Assembly: GCA_977862235.1 (NCBI GenBank) | Contig: OZ374563.1 | Coordinates: 2,294,001 to 2,358,000, forward strand | From: Dudresnaya verticillata | Lineage: Eukaryota | DNA length: 64,000 bases | Direction of reading: 5' to 3' | Shown: positions 19,655 to 31,190 of the stretch, piece after piece | Position numbering within the stretch: position 1 is the first letter of the stretch | How the letters are laid out: the number at the start of each line of letters is the position of its first letter | Notes under the pieces: model-generated | Database searches by the model: none | Told to the model about the DNA's origin: nothing | The model's input: only the letters and a program-made list of their open reading frames with translations | Made by a program: the position numbers and the translations under genes

Positions 19655-20300
19655 GATATTGTATTGTTTATTTTGTTTAACGTGGTCCTGTGCGGGCAAC
19701 TAAGGCCCATTTCTAGGCACACCTTGGGTGGGGGTGGGGCTAGTTCGTTTTTGGTAGTGAGGACTCGGGGTCACTAAGGTCGCGAATAGCACGGATCGTA
19801 TCGGAGATGGACTGCAGCGCGATTCTACTTGTGTCGGTGCTGGTCAGGGCATTGAGCTTCGGTGTGAGCTGTTGCAGCCGGGCACGGGCAGAGGGGCATT
19901 TGGGGGGATCGGGAATGTGCCGAGGTGCCAGCGCAAGGCGAGCTTCCGGTCACGGTGAGCTTGCAGCTGCAGGGCGGGGGGAAATATTTTCGGATTGCCC
20001 TGTACTGGCGCTGGGCGACGTCCTTGCAAAGCTTCCTTCCAAGTATCCAGTAGTTCCGCCTGGAGGACCTTCCAGTGCGCCGTGCCGAACGGCGATGCGC
20101 CAAGCAAATTACAATTTTTTGTTCGCAGTCGGTTAAGTAATTGCAGAGTGAAAATTGGCCCTTCAGTAAGCCCTGCATTCAGCGAGCAAGCCTGATGCTT
20201 ACAAGCGATGGTGTCATGGGGCTGGAGCGCAGTCACGGAGAACCAATTGCTGTGGTCAGAAACTGATGTGGCAGGCTTTGTCAAACTTCAATAAACTAAT
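19655..20300 (-). mobile_element. LINE 3' fragment (second copy ~46512-47158)
   Basis: Encodes RDRKLALRWHLGTFPIPP, homologous to 35826-36192. Same structured tail ending CACGTTAAACAAAATAAACAATACAA. The 5' boundary is uncertain. Confidence 0.6.
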
Positions 20301-20709
20301 TAGAGTGGGTTCTACGGGGCTTCTCACATCGGTATGTTTGCATCAAGTTGCCGACGAAAAAGAGCGGCCGCGCCTACGGGAACCCATCAGTATTTATCGC
20401 GTTCCTAAAACGCTCAACAGCACCTACGTTCCCCACCAGCGCTTCCGAAAAGCACTCTCAGCTCTGCTCCTTTGAAATTTCCGCACAGGCCTTCAGGAGA
20501 CTCCCATCGAAGAGCGCTAGTTGCTTCTCTCATTGCCAACATGGATTCTATTCCTGCCGTCAAAGGCCGGCGTTGGTCCAGGAATTCCGGGACATTGGCC
20601 CCATCTGACAGGTTCGTGGGCAGCCCCAAGCCATGACTTTCGCCTGCTTGTATATTCGTCTTTTCCGCACTGACTTTATGTGACCCTGTACCCCTCTTGA
20701 ATCTGCTGA

Positions 20710-22013
20710 ATGCGAATTCCCACTTCTGTTCACGACACCTCCATCCAATTTCTGCCCACCTTCGTTTTCTTCCCTTGCTTTTGTGTTTTACGCCACGCTA
20801 GCGCTTCAAAAAGTCCGAATCAGACCATAGACATTAACACGTGGCTCCGTGACCAACTTAACCGGAATATGAATGCCCCTGTCCACGACGAGAAGCATAC
20901 AGGCGAACAAGCAACTTGGCGCCGTCACAAACTCAACCAGAAACGGAAGGCTCCTGTCGAGCATGAGAAGGAGACAGGAAATCAAACAACTTGGCGCCGT
21001 CACAAACTCAACCAGAAACTGAAGGCTCCTGCCAGGCATGAGAAGCAGACAGGCGAAGAAGCAACTTGGCGCCGTCGCAAGCTCAACCAGAAAATGAATG
21101 CACCTGTCAAACATGAGGAAAAAGAAGAGGAAGAGACAGGCGAAGAAGCAGTTTCGAGGCGGAAAGGTGCTTTGTTCCGGGCGTCAATGCGCCCGATGCG
21201 TGAGATCGCCCCTACTGTTGATCACCATCTCCTGGGCTGCTATACCGTCAATGTATCACCTCGTGTTTTTGCTGTCGAGCTGCATCATTCTGGTTGCTAT
21301 GTTATCTCGTTCGGAAATAGTGGTACTATCGGAATACCTCTCCCGAATTGTGACGAGTCCGTGAGAGAAACTCTCGGCAAGAATGCTAATATCGTCCCGG
21401 TTCAGAATACCGATAACAACGAAGATGGCATGGCAATTGCACAGAAGTATCCCCCAGAGCTGAGAGGTAAGTTACTTTTGGCATTTTCCTGGCTCATTTC
21501 TCAAATCACCGCGTGATTGCTCCCGGTTGCTAATCGTTCGTGCGTTTATTTGCTCTTCGGATTGATCACGATCCCTGAACTATAGTTTGCGATTTGATTT
21601 TACGAATGTGCTACGCACCGGTGACAACTTCTCATGCCGTCGAAACATTGTTGGAGAAGAATGTTCTCCATGGCGACCAGAAGAACGTTCACGAAGTCAG
21701 AAAAAGGCTCTCTCGAAGGGATATCAAGAACAGGAGTAGCTATTTTCACGTTCCCGGGCTTCGTCAAGAGCCCAGCAGAATCATTTTCCGAGGCAATTCA
21801 GTTTCCGTTCCTTCTGCCACGGCCTCTGGTGGTACAATCCAAAATGTGTCAAAATCAGTCAATGGAAGCGCCTTGTCGGGGTCAAGCAACGAAGGTGTGG
21901 GGTCCGATGGGCCAGGATCAGAAGAAGGAAAGCTGGAAGTAGGAATGTGTTTGAAGGAGGCAAATGTAGTGTTTGATTCTTTTCAGGATCTCTGTAAGTA
22001 CTTCAATGCGTAA
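20710..22013 (+). CDS. Hypothetical 2-exon gene with 22-aa tandem repeats, copy 1
   Basis: Intron 21467-21585 (GTAAGT, GCTAAT branch, TAG) joins the two ORFs in frame. ~3.5 x 66-bp repeats at 20870-21120. The start could be 20869. Confidence 0.55.
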
Positions 22014-23261
22014 TTGAACGGGAAAGGCGGTGTTTTCCTGCGGAACGGCGTCTTGGGTTTATTGCTCCGCATATTGTTCCGAGCCAAATTCCAAATTAGC
22101 AACGTTCGGTACGACAGGTAGGAATAATTGGAAGGGCAGTGTGCCATGTGGCCACGGTACTTTCCTGAACGCCTGCTCTCTCTGGATTACAGCTTTCACA
22201 GCACAGCCTCAATGGTTTGGTAACAGAGACTCGCAGAATACTTCCCTGCCCCCTCCATACCATATAGCCTACTGCTGGCTCAGAAGCTTATAGACCACGG
22301 CGATAGGAAGCGGGAGATCTGCTGACGTTTGGGCTCATTCCTCATGCCGCTGCGCTGTTCCACCGCCCGAGCACTGCTATTCTCGCATGTCCGGCAATAT
22401 AGCGTCTATCCTCCCCAGAACCCACTGTTGAAACACCCCGAGACATCTCTGGCGACATAGAAGCTACACACAACATATCTGCCGCAGGCTTCGCACACCC
22501 ACAGTTCCACACCTCGTAGAGTCAGGTCTCGACTTGACACGACCTCCTACCGTACCTTGACCAAGCGCAGATAACACAGTAGCCCTAGCCTGCCCTTCCG
22601 CCTCCATCTACCGTGCGTTTATATATGGAACTCTGCTATTGTTAAAACACCATCATCAACATTCAATGAAGCATACCAACACATTCTTTCCATTTTGAAA
22701 GCCGAAGCGCGCCGAGAATACCCGCAAAGAGAGTATTGAATTCGCACTGATATTGGCAGACGGCTGTTCTTAATCACCGAAGAGCAGGGCTCCTCGAGAT
22801 TTTGTAAACTTTTATCCTAAACTAGCGCGTTCTGAAGTGGCCTCTTTGTTAACAGGCTGAGGTTCAAGCAAAATGATTGCTGCTGATTGTTACATGGCTC
22901 TTTTTCCTGCTTAGTAGTATGCTGGTAGTCGACATTTCCGGCCGAGTCTTTGAGCAAGTTGTATTCAGGTTTCATTTAAGAAATAAGCGTGTCACTAACG
23001 TACTCAACGTATACCAAAGAACATCCCTTCCCAAAATATCACCTTTCGTATCCGCCTGACCCCATCGGTTCACTTCCAGTAAATGCTAACCGCACTTAGT
23101 TGAAAACCAGGGGACACCATGAGACAAAAGCTGTGGTATGGATCCATAGCAGAAATCGAAAGCATGGTCGTTGATATCTTTCTGGGAAGTCGCTGTCGCT
23201 CTCTGCCAGTTGCCATTTTGTACCCATTTCAGTGTGTACTTGTCCCCACATGATCAGCGCT

Positions 23262-24002
23262 CTATATATTGCCTTGTTCGGCTGAACCTTCTACGCCGTG
23301 CGGAACTAAGCCTGTTTCATCGAAGCGCTGTAGCAGGAAAAGAATATGGGACTCTTTGGCACTCAGTCTGGAAACTGGGACTGAATACGCGCGGTGGTCC
23401 AGGAATAGCGGAAGATCTGAGATTATCTTCAGAGCTAAACTGCAGTTGCCCTGGTCAGCCAACCAACACTGGAGCTCCTTCTTCGCACGATGGTCGAGTT
23501 CTTCCGTGTTCTCCAGCTTAGCATATTCGGCGAACAGCAACGATCTGAGATGCTGAGTTCCAGCCCCATCGCGATCGTTGGCACTGCGTTCCTGCAAGGC
23601 ACTGGCAGACACCACCGGACTGGAAACAAAACCGGCCTTGCCAACGCGGTCCTGCTGAATCCTAACACCAATTCCAAGAAGCTCACGTGAATTCGTGATC
23701 TCTCTAATCGAAGAGCTCGGAAAGTTGGAGGCTGGATTCGCCGGCCTGCCGCGGATGGATTTGGAATCTTCTGCGGGAACGTCTTCTGCCATCCCCAGTC
23801 GCGGGGCACGATGATCAGGGTCCATGGAATCGCTCGACTGAATCCCTTGTTCTTCCTCAATTGCCCGAAATAGTGGAAGATATCTGCTTTGTGAAGCACT
23901 TGAACTTGGGGAAGGTGAGCAGAGGCCGACTCTTCCGAACACACCGCGGCCGAGCAGAGCAGATGGTTGCGTGGTGGTAGAAATTTGCGCACTATTCATC
24001 AC
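23262..24002 (-). CDS. Hypothetical ORF (paralog 50120-50902)
   Basis: ~250-codon frame kept open in both diverged copies. No recognisable motif. Confidence 0.3.
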   Translation of the reverse strand: MMNSAQISTTTQPSALLGRGVFGRVGLCSPSPSSSASQSRYLPLFRAIEEEQGIQSSDSMDPDHRAPRLGMAEDVPAEDSKSIRGRPANPASNFPSSSIREITNSRELLGIGVRIQQDRVGKAGFVSSPVVSASALQERSANDRDGAGTQHLRSLLFAEYAKLENTEELDHRAKKELQCWLADQGNCSLALKIISDLPLFLDHRAYSVPVSRLSAKESHILFLLQRFDETGLVPHGVEGSAEQGNI

Positions 24003-25328
24003 CGGTCGATTTAGAAGCTTTTCGGATCAAACTGCGTTTGACACGTGGCAAAACTAGATTCGCACTGTAAGTTGTATTGCTTATATTGCATGTTCTTTTC
24101 TTTGTTGATCGTTTGCGATTTGTAGAACGTGCATGCTGGGAACCTCCATGGAGGTTCCCTCTCTCTCTTCCACGAGCGCATGGAGCCAATTTGAGCGGAG
24201 AAGGGAGTCCGTATGAGGGTGGACCGAGATACCGAATTGTTCGTTCAGGGATCCTGAAACGTCTTCTTCCCTTTCTGCACGGACCTGTATCCGAGTACGG
24301 AGGTAGTCGGAATTATTGAGAGCTGACATGCCTAATTCTCTTTTGAGAAAAGCCCCCCTGTTGCCCTCCCTTCCCTCCCTCTAGAGTTCTCGGTAGTGGA
24401 ATAGGCATATTCTAGAGACTATTAACTTTTCTAGGCCTTGTCCTTATGTACGTGCGCCATGGATGCTTGCTCCAGGGCCACTGAGAATTGCGGCGTCATA
24501 TAATCAGGAAAAGCCTCATCCTTTAGCACTGGAAGGGTTAGCATGATCTAAGCGTTGCGTGATATTGTGTCTTTGGCTCCATATGATTTTGTTTCTTTGA
24601 TTGAAGAGTCTTGGTGTTGGTTTATTGAACTTGAAGGATATCTGCTTAAGAGTGAATTAAGCCAGCCAAGAGAAAAAGAAAGACTAAAAGTAAAGAAAGA
24701 GGAGAATAGACATGTGAGGAAGAGCGAGTGGAGAAAGTGCCAGGGCGCTAGGGAGGGTGGGTGGGAGCACGAGAGATATACATGCCTGAGACTCCGGCAA
24801 TCGTCTGTGAAGTGGTCTTATGTAGCCGCGCCCTGAGCTCAGTAACCAGAATGCATAGTTGTGAATGCTTCGCTTCTCTCTACATAATGCATAATCCTAA
24901 GTGCTGTTCTATTATGTCTTGCATTATGTATTTGTTTGTGACGCTCGGTCATTGTCTGTCACACGACAAATGCTCGCTACTCCCCTTGTCTGTAAGAGAG
25001 TGAACTCGGGTAGACTTTTACCTTTCACACTCTTAGTTCTAATCCTTTGATCTCGGTCTCTGGGTTCCCCTTGCTCCCCCTTTTTCTCCGCAACGGAAGA
25101 CAGGCTAGACCTCTCTACTTATCTAGTGCTAAAGTCCGCCGGCTGTGGTACTGTAGGTGTACTCGGCCTCTGATACGAATGTATCAGATACAACTGTCTC
25201 TACACTACTTACCTAGCCGATACATATACAAGGACTGTGTCTTATAGATGATCAGGACTCTGCTGTATAGATGTCCTCAGTGGACAGCTCTCTTCCACTC
25301 ATCTTCCTTTTGAAGATTGACGTCCTCG

Positions 25329-28300
25329 TCAATCACATCGGGACTCTTCAAACTTGCGCACTAGATCCATACAGTTCTTCAGTTCTGTTTTTGACATCCA
25401 GATTCCTTCACTAGGGGGATGCCCATCGAATCGCACCAAGTACTGAACTCTTCGTTGTTGTCGCTTCTTACCTAGGATTTCTGCGACCTCCTGTTCTATT
25501 GTGCCATCCGCATCAACCACCACATCTAGTGGTCCAACGTTACTTCCGCGGTTTTTGTAAGCCTGAATCTTGGACACATGAAAGACATTATGAGCTTTTT
25601 TCATGGATGGTGGTAATTCAATTTTGTATGTTACCGGTCCCATGGCCTTCTTGACTCGTAGAGGCCCGAAAAACTTGGGGCGCCACTTTGCGGGTAAATT
25701 GCTACGCTTAAAAGCCTCAAGGGCTTCTGTTCTTAGCGATACCAAGTCTCCCTCTGTAAAAATGACATCTCGCCTTTGCCGATCTGCATAGTACTTCTGA
25801 TTTGCTCGTGCTCTTGAAATGTTGTCTCTTGCGACTTGTCGATAGGCATCACGCCGGGCTGTATAGTCTACGGCCGCCTGACACTTGAATTTGCATTCAG
25901 TTAAACTTCTGGTGAACGGGTTCAAAGGAATCCGTCCAATATCGACCTCAAAAGGGGCAAGTCCTGTAGACTTGTGCTTGGAACAATTGTACTCGAATTC
26001 CAGTTGTGTTAATGCGGTATCCCAATCCTCTGGGAACTTCTGCACATAGCTTCGTATCATGTTTGACAATGTTCTGATCATGTTCTCAGATTGTCCGTCG
26101 GTTTCCGGATGATCTGCGGTAGACATGTTCAGTCGTACATTGGTTAATTCCGACAAGCAAGTCTAATAATTTGACTTGAACTTGGGATCTCTATCTGAAA
26201 CTATTACAACTGGGACTCCATGTTTTGAAAATAATGCGTCCTGGAATAGTAGAGCTACTGCTGGGGCGTCTAAAGTTTCGACAGTTGGAGTGAATATTCC
26301 CCTCTTGGACAAGCGATCAACCATGACCAGTACTGTGTCCATACCGCGTTTGCTTTTCGGAAACTTGCCCAAAAAGTCAACTGATACTTCTTCCCAACAT
26401 CTTTCAGGAACGTTCAGCGGTTGAAGCATCCCAGCCGGTTTTGTGTTGCTTACTTTGTTGCGTTGACATTCTTGACATGAGGCAACAAAATATTCTACAT
26501 CTTCGTATAATTTTGGCCAGTATGCGAACCGTACGACTGAGTTGTATGTCTTGTCTGTGGCAAGATGGCTTACATCGTGAAAGCCAGATATCACATCACT
26601 ACGCATAGTATCAACATCTGGGACATATACTCGGGCATTATTACTGCCAGTCCAATGTACATATGTGCCGTCGTAGCTGAAGTTTGTCGACTGTCTTGAC
26701 ATCTTGGTGTCAATAGTACTGCTTTGGCCTTCTAGCAACTTGATCATTTCCATTGACCACTCTTCTTGAGAGTAGCCGTCTTGGATGCGCTTCGCCATCT
26801 CTGGGTTCTGTAGCGACATCCTCTTTAAGTCCGGTGAGTGATCCGCTTTTCTGCTAAGAGCGTCTGGGACCACATTCTTTATACCGGGAATGTGTTTAAC
26901 TTCATAATTATGCTCCTGGAGCTCATCCAACCATCTTGCTTGTCTCCCAGTAAGTCTTGCCTTGGACTGCAAGTATCTAATCGGCTCATGGTCCGTATAA
27001 AAAACAAAGCGTCTTCCTTTTAGGTAAAACCCCCATTCTCGCAGGGCGATTAGGAAAGCCAGGAGCTCCTGGTCGCCTGTATCCCAGGCTGTCTCTGTTT
27101 CAGACAAACGATGCGATAGATACGCGATCGGATGGCCCCCTTGCTCCAATGTAGCTCCAACGGCATACTTGGACGCGTCAGTAGAGACGATGAATGTCTC
27201 GTTTGCATTTGGGTGGGCCAATATAGGTGCCGAGGTCAGCGCTTCCTTAAGCGCTGTAAATGCACTTACCTGGTCTTCTTCCCACTTGAACGACTTCTTT
27301 CGAACCAAATCCAATATTGGGCGGACAATGCTTGCGTAGTTCTTGATAAAGCGACGATAAATATTCGCCAAGCCGATAAAACCCTGAACATCTCTGAGTG
27401 TTTTCGGTACTGGCCACTCTAGTATTGCGTCCATCAGTCTCTTCTGCATGTAAACGCCATCGTTACTAATTACAAATCCTAAGAACTCGACCTGAGGTAC
27501 TCCAATTGTGCACTTGCTGCGCTTAACGTAAAGCTTATGCTTCCTAAGGATCTCAAACAGCCGCTGTAGGTGCTTACGGTGCTCGTAAATAGACGTACTA
27601 TAAACCAAAATATCGTCCAGGAACAGTACCAAACATTCTCCATTGAGCTCTCGAAGCAGTGATGAAAGCAATCTTGTAAATGCGGCTGGTGCATTTGTTA
27701 GACCAAAGCACAACACTCGCCATTCAAACGAGCCAAAGCGTGTCCGTATTGCAGTCTTCGGACAATCCTCCTCTTTGATGCGCATTTGGTGGTATGCGCC
27801 GATCAAGTCTATCTGGGAGAAAATTGTAGCACCTGCTACCTGGTCCAAAGCTTCTGCGATGAGGGGTAGCGGGTTGGCATCCGGTATTGTAATCTTATTT
27901 AAGGCTCGATAGTCGCACACCATCCGTAATTCTCCGCCTTTCTTTTTCACAAAAAACACCGGTGCTCCGTACGGTGAAGAAGAGGGTCTAATTAGCCCCT
28001 TATCCAATAACAACTGCAATTGCCTTTTGAGCTCCTGTAGCTCCTGTACAGAAAGCCTTATTACAGGACGTACCGGAGGCGGTTCATCAAATTTCAAGTT
28101 GATGCCAAAGTCAACGTCCCTCCTTGGCGGTAACCCATCTGGCAACTGATCTGTAAAAATGTCGTCATATTCTTGGATAAGGTCCTCAAATGTTTCGGTT
28201 ACCTTCATATTCTTCACGTCAGGTCGTAACCGGACAGCGAACAGCTCGCAATTCTTCTTCTTGACCAGCTTGCTTAGTTTTTTAAACGATATGTACTTGA

Positions 28301-28815
28301 ACTATACCTTTCTAGGCTTCCGATAGCTTTTCGGACGGATAACCCATGTCGAACCATCACCGCGTGTGATGTGTATGCATCCAGTTTTCCAGTTCACTTG
28401 AGGATTATATTTACGGAGCCAGACCCGACCAACGATTACAGCAGGTTCCTCTAATGCTTTAGGACCTGCTGGTATTATGTAAACATCCTCCTGGCCGGAC
28501 ATGCAACCGACATCGAGTTTCCCTTTAGCAATTCCTTCTATTGGTACTGTTGAGCCATCTCCTAGCTCCACTTCTGCACTGTCAGTTACAGTGTGTAGAC
28601 CGCACATTTCAGCAGTCCGTCTTGTAGCAAACACATGGGATGCCCCTAAATCAACAATTATAGGTACTTCATGCCCATTCAGTCGGCCCTCATATGTCTC
28701 CTCTATGCCAAAGCCATCTACTTCGAGTGACGATAGCTTCAGTGGCGCGTCTCTTTCAGAGCCACACTCAGTCGCCGCCCTTGCTGGCGGCGTTATTCTT
28801 TTTTCGAAGTGCCAG
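25329..28815 (-). pseudogene. Chromovirus pol (PR-RT-RH-IN-chromodomain) with two in-frame stops
   Basis: IVDLGAS, FLDD, TDASKYAVG, SDRDPKF, HPETDGQSE, YLVRFDG chromodomain. TAG at 28302 and 26163. Confidence 0.92.
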
Positions 28816-29761
28816 CATTAGTGCCGGCCTCACGCTTCTTACGGCATGGGTGGTCGGCATCCTTCCAACCCTTCTTGCCACATTCCCAGCAGCGACCTAC
28901 CCGCTGGTACATAGACCGCTCGGTGTGTTGAGCAGGGCCCCAACTCTCTAAGGAGTTCTCTTTTCTGAGGCCTTGATCTTTTCCACGCCCACTGGAAGCA
29001 CTCGGACCCTTCGTTCCATGGCCTCCTGAACCGGATTTTCCATTGTTCGAGCTTCCGCTCTTCTCTTCCATTGTCCAATGTTTCGCCGTAGCCAGGTCTC
29101 GAGCAAGTTTGTAGATATCGGACATAGTCGTATAGGGCTCTGGTTCTCCTGAGGGAAAAGACTTATGGAACTCTTCTTTGTACTGAGCTGACAAGCTCAT
29201 AAAGAAATATACGTAGCTTTCCTTCAAGGGCGTCCCTGTAATCTCGACTAACTTCTTAAATTTCCTTATGTGGGAGTCCATTGATGAGTTCTTCATTTTC
29301 AAGTCCATCAATTCTATCTTCGCTCTAGCCTTCTCATCTGGAGGCACAAATTCTTTGATCATTGCCTCCCTCAATTCAGTAACGGTAGTAGGCTTTCGGT
29401 TTTCTTCTTCTAGTTTCTGAAGCCATGAAGCAGCGGCGTCCGTGAAATAGCATTCTGCTAATGCCATTATCCTAGCATCAGGGTAATTGGAAAATGCCCC
29501 TACCTTGTTGACGTTGTAAATAAAGCTTTTAACTTTGGTTGATGTACAAGCGTCGCCTTCACCGGAAAAGAATGGAATACTCGGAGGTCTTGCAGGTGAA
29601 GCACCTCCGGAAGAGGGACCAGATACTCCTTGATACTGTCCCTGATTATTATCCCGTAGTTTCATGATGGTTTCTTCTTGTTTATTAAGCTTCTCCATCA
29701 TCTCCGTCAACTGAGCTTCTAGCGCAGCGTTGTCTGACGTCTTTGCCCTCGTGTTTTTCAT
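28793..29761 (-). CDS. Chromovirus gag (322 aa)
   Basis: Follows the PBS. Retrotrans-gag-like core and CWECGKKG knuckle variant. Short overlap with pol in the -1 frame across an A6 run. Confidence 0.88.
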   Translation of the reverse strand: MKNTRAKTSDNAALEAQLTEMMEKLNKQEETIMKLRDNNQGQYQGVSGPSSGGASPARPPSIPFFSGEGDACTSTKVKSFIYNVNKVGAFSNYPDARIMALAECYFTDAAASWLQKLEEENRKPTTVTELREAMIKEFVPPDEKARAKIELMDLKMKNSSMDSHIRKFKKLVEITGTPLKESYVYFFMSLSAQYKEEFHKSFPSGEPEPYTTMSDIYKLARDLATAKHWTMEEKSGSSNNGKSGSGGHGTKGPSASSGRGKDQGLRKENSLESWGPAQHTERSMYQRVGRCWECGKKGWKDADHPCRKKREAGTNAGTSKKE

Positions 29762-30190
29762 CGTGATGAACTAATACACGGGTTGGCGATGCTACCAAGT
29801 GTAAGAGAGTGAACTCGGGTAGACTTTTACCTTTCAAACTCTTAGTTCTAATCCTTTGATCTCGGTCTCTGGGTTCCCCTTGCTCCCCCTTTTTCTCCGC
29901 AACGGAAGACAGGCTAGACCTCTCTACTTATCTAGTGCTAAAGTCCGCCGGCTGTGGTACTGTAGGTGTACTCGGCCTCTGATACGAATGTATCAGATAC
30001 AACTGTCTCTACACTACTTACCTAGCCGATACATATACAAGGACTGTGTCTTATAGATGATCAGGACTCTGCTGTATAGATGTCCTCAGTGGACAGCTCT
30101 CTTCCATTGTCACTCTTCATGAGCATACACACAGTGTACCCATACTCGAAGAACCAAGAAAACATGGAGAGCTCACATACGTAGAGCACG

Positions 30191-31190
30191 TCACGACCCC
30201 GAGCGTAGGTGAGCAAAAAAGTACCTCGACGCATCTGAAAGCGAAATATTTCTATCGAAGTATACGCTGAACATAGCTTCGCTTTCCCAATCCAACCGAT
30301 TCATGATCCAGACTTTAGGCAGCTGCATGTTCACAAGCTCGTTTAGCCCACCAATTCGAGGGCTATGCGATGCGTAGTAGTATCCTGCAGGCGGCGGAAG
30401 ATGGATCAAACGAGATACTGCGCAGACAGCCTGTCGGAGATCAGCCTCCTGAAGACCAGTAGTGTTGTTAAAGTTGAAAAACGTGGTACTAGGCCGACGT
30501 AGCTGCCTCCAGCGTTGTAGTAATTGATGAGGACTGCAGTTCACATCCCAGTTCGATGATGCTGGATAAAGCAGTCGCAATGGGCGGCGGCGAGCCTTGC
30601 CTTTGCGATAGCGAATAGTTACTCGAATGTTGGAGAGCGACACAGCAATGTCTTCTGGAGAAAGGTTCCGCACGCTGACCGACCGAGTTTGGAAGATAAA
30701 TGAGAACACAACCAGAGCACAGCAGCCTAGATCATGTACATTGCTCGTCTCGAGTCCATAGTTCAACGCCATCCTCACCATTTCTGCAGTATATCCGGCC
30801 TGTGGCCATCCTCCTTTCTGTGGAAAGCATTTAAAAGCTCTTTCACCAATGGAGTGCGTGTCGGTGAGGCATGACCATGATCCGCATGGTACGTAGATAC
30901 AGCCGAAATGTATTGTGGAGCAGATGAACTACTGACGCGGCCTTCGAGAGAAAGGAAGCCAATGTAGGCAAGCACGTCCCCTTCACTTGCGGGCAACGGG
31001 CAGCGACCTTCCTCATCGCAAAAGGCCAACCATTTCCGCAGCTGACTTGTCCTATTGCGCCATGTTGCATCGGACTTACTGTGAGATGCCAGTATTTCTG
31101 CAGCGGCTTCGACACCACCTGTAGAACCACCAGCACCTGCCCGAGCAAGAACATTGCTGCGTATTCCGTCCCGCCAAGAGGTGGTCAATT
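30191..31190 (-). pseudogene. Tyrosine recombinase of the YR element (frame break ~30780)
   Basis: Core-binding-like N-part (WLAFC...YISAVSTYH). Catalytic R (FQTRSVS), K, HSPR and W...Y (LDWESEAMFSVY). Confidence 0.88.

Larger units (their letters stand above)
24991..30106 (-). mobile_element. Full-length chromovirus (Ty3/gypsy with chromodomain)
   Basis: 307-bp LTRs at 24991-25297 and 29800-30106 (one difference seen), 5-bp TSD TTGTC, PBS TGGTAGCATCGCC, PPT AAAAGGAAGATGAG. Confidence 0.96.

Noticed and set aside
20870..21120. CRISPR or non-coding repeat array
   Set aside because: These are head-to-tail 66-bp units in frame within an ORF, with no unique spacers.
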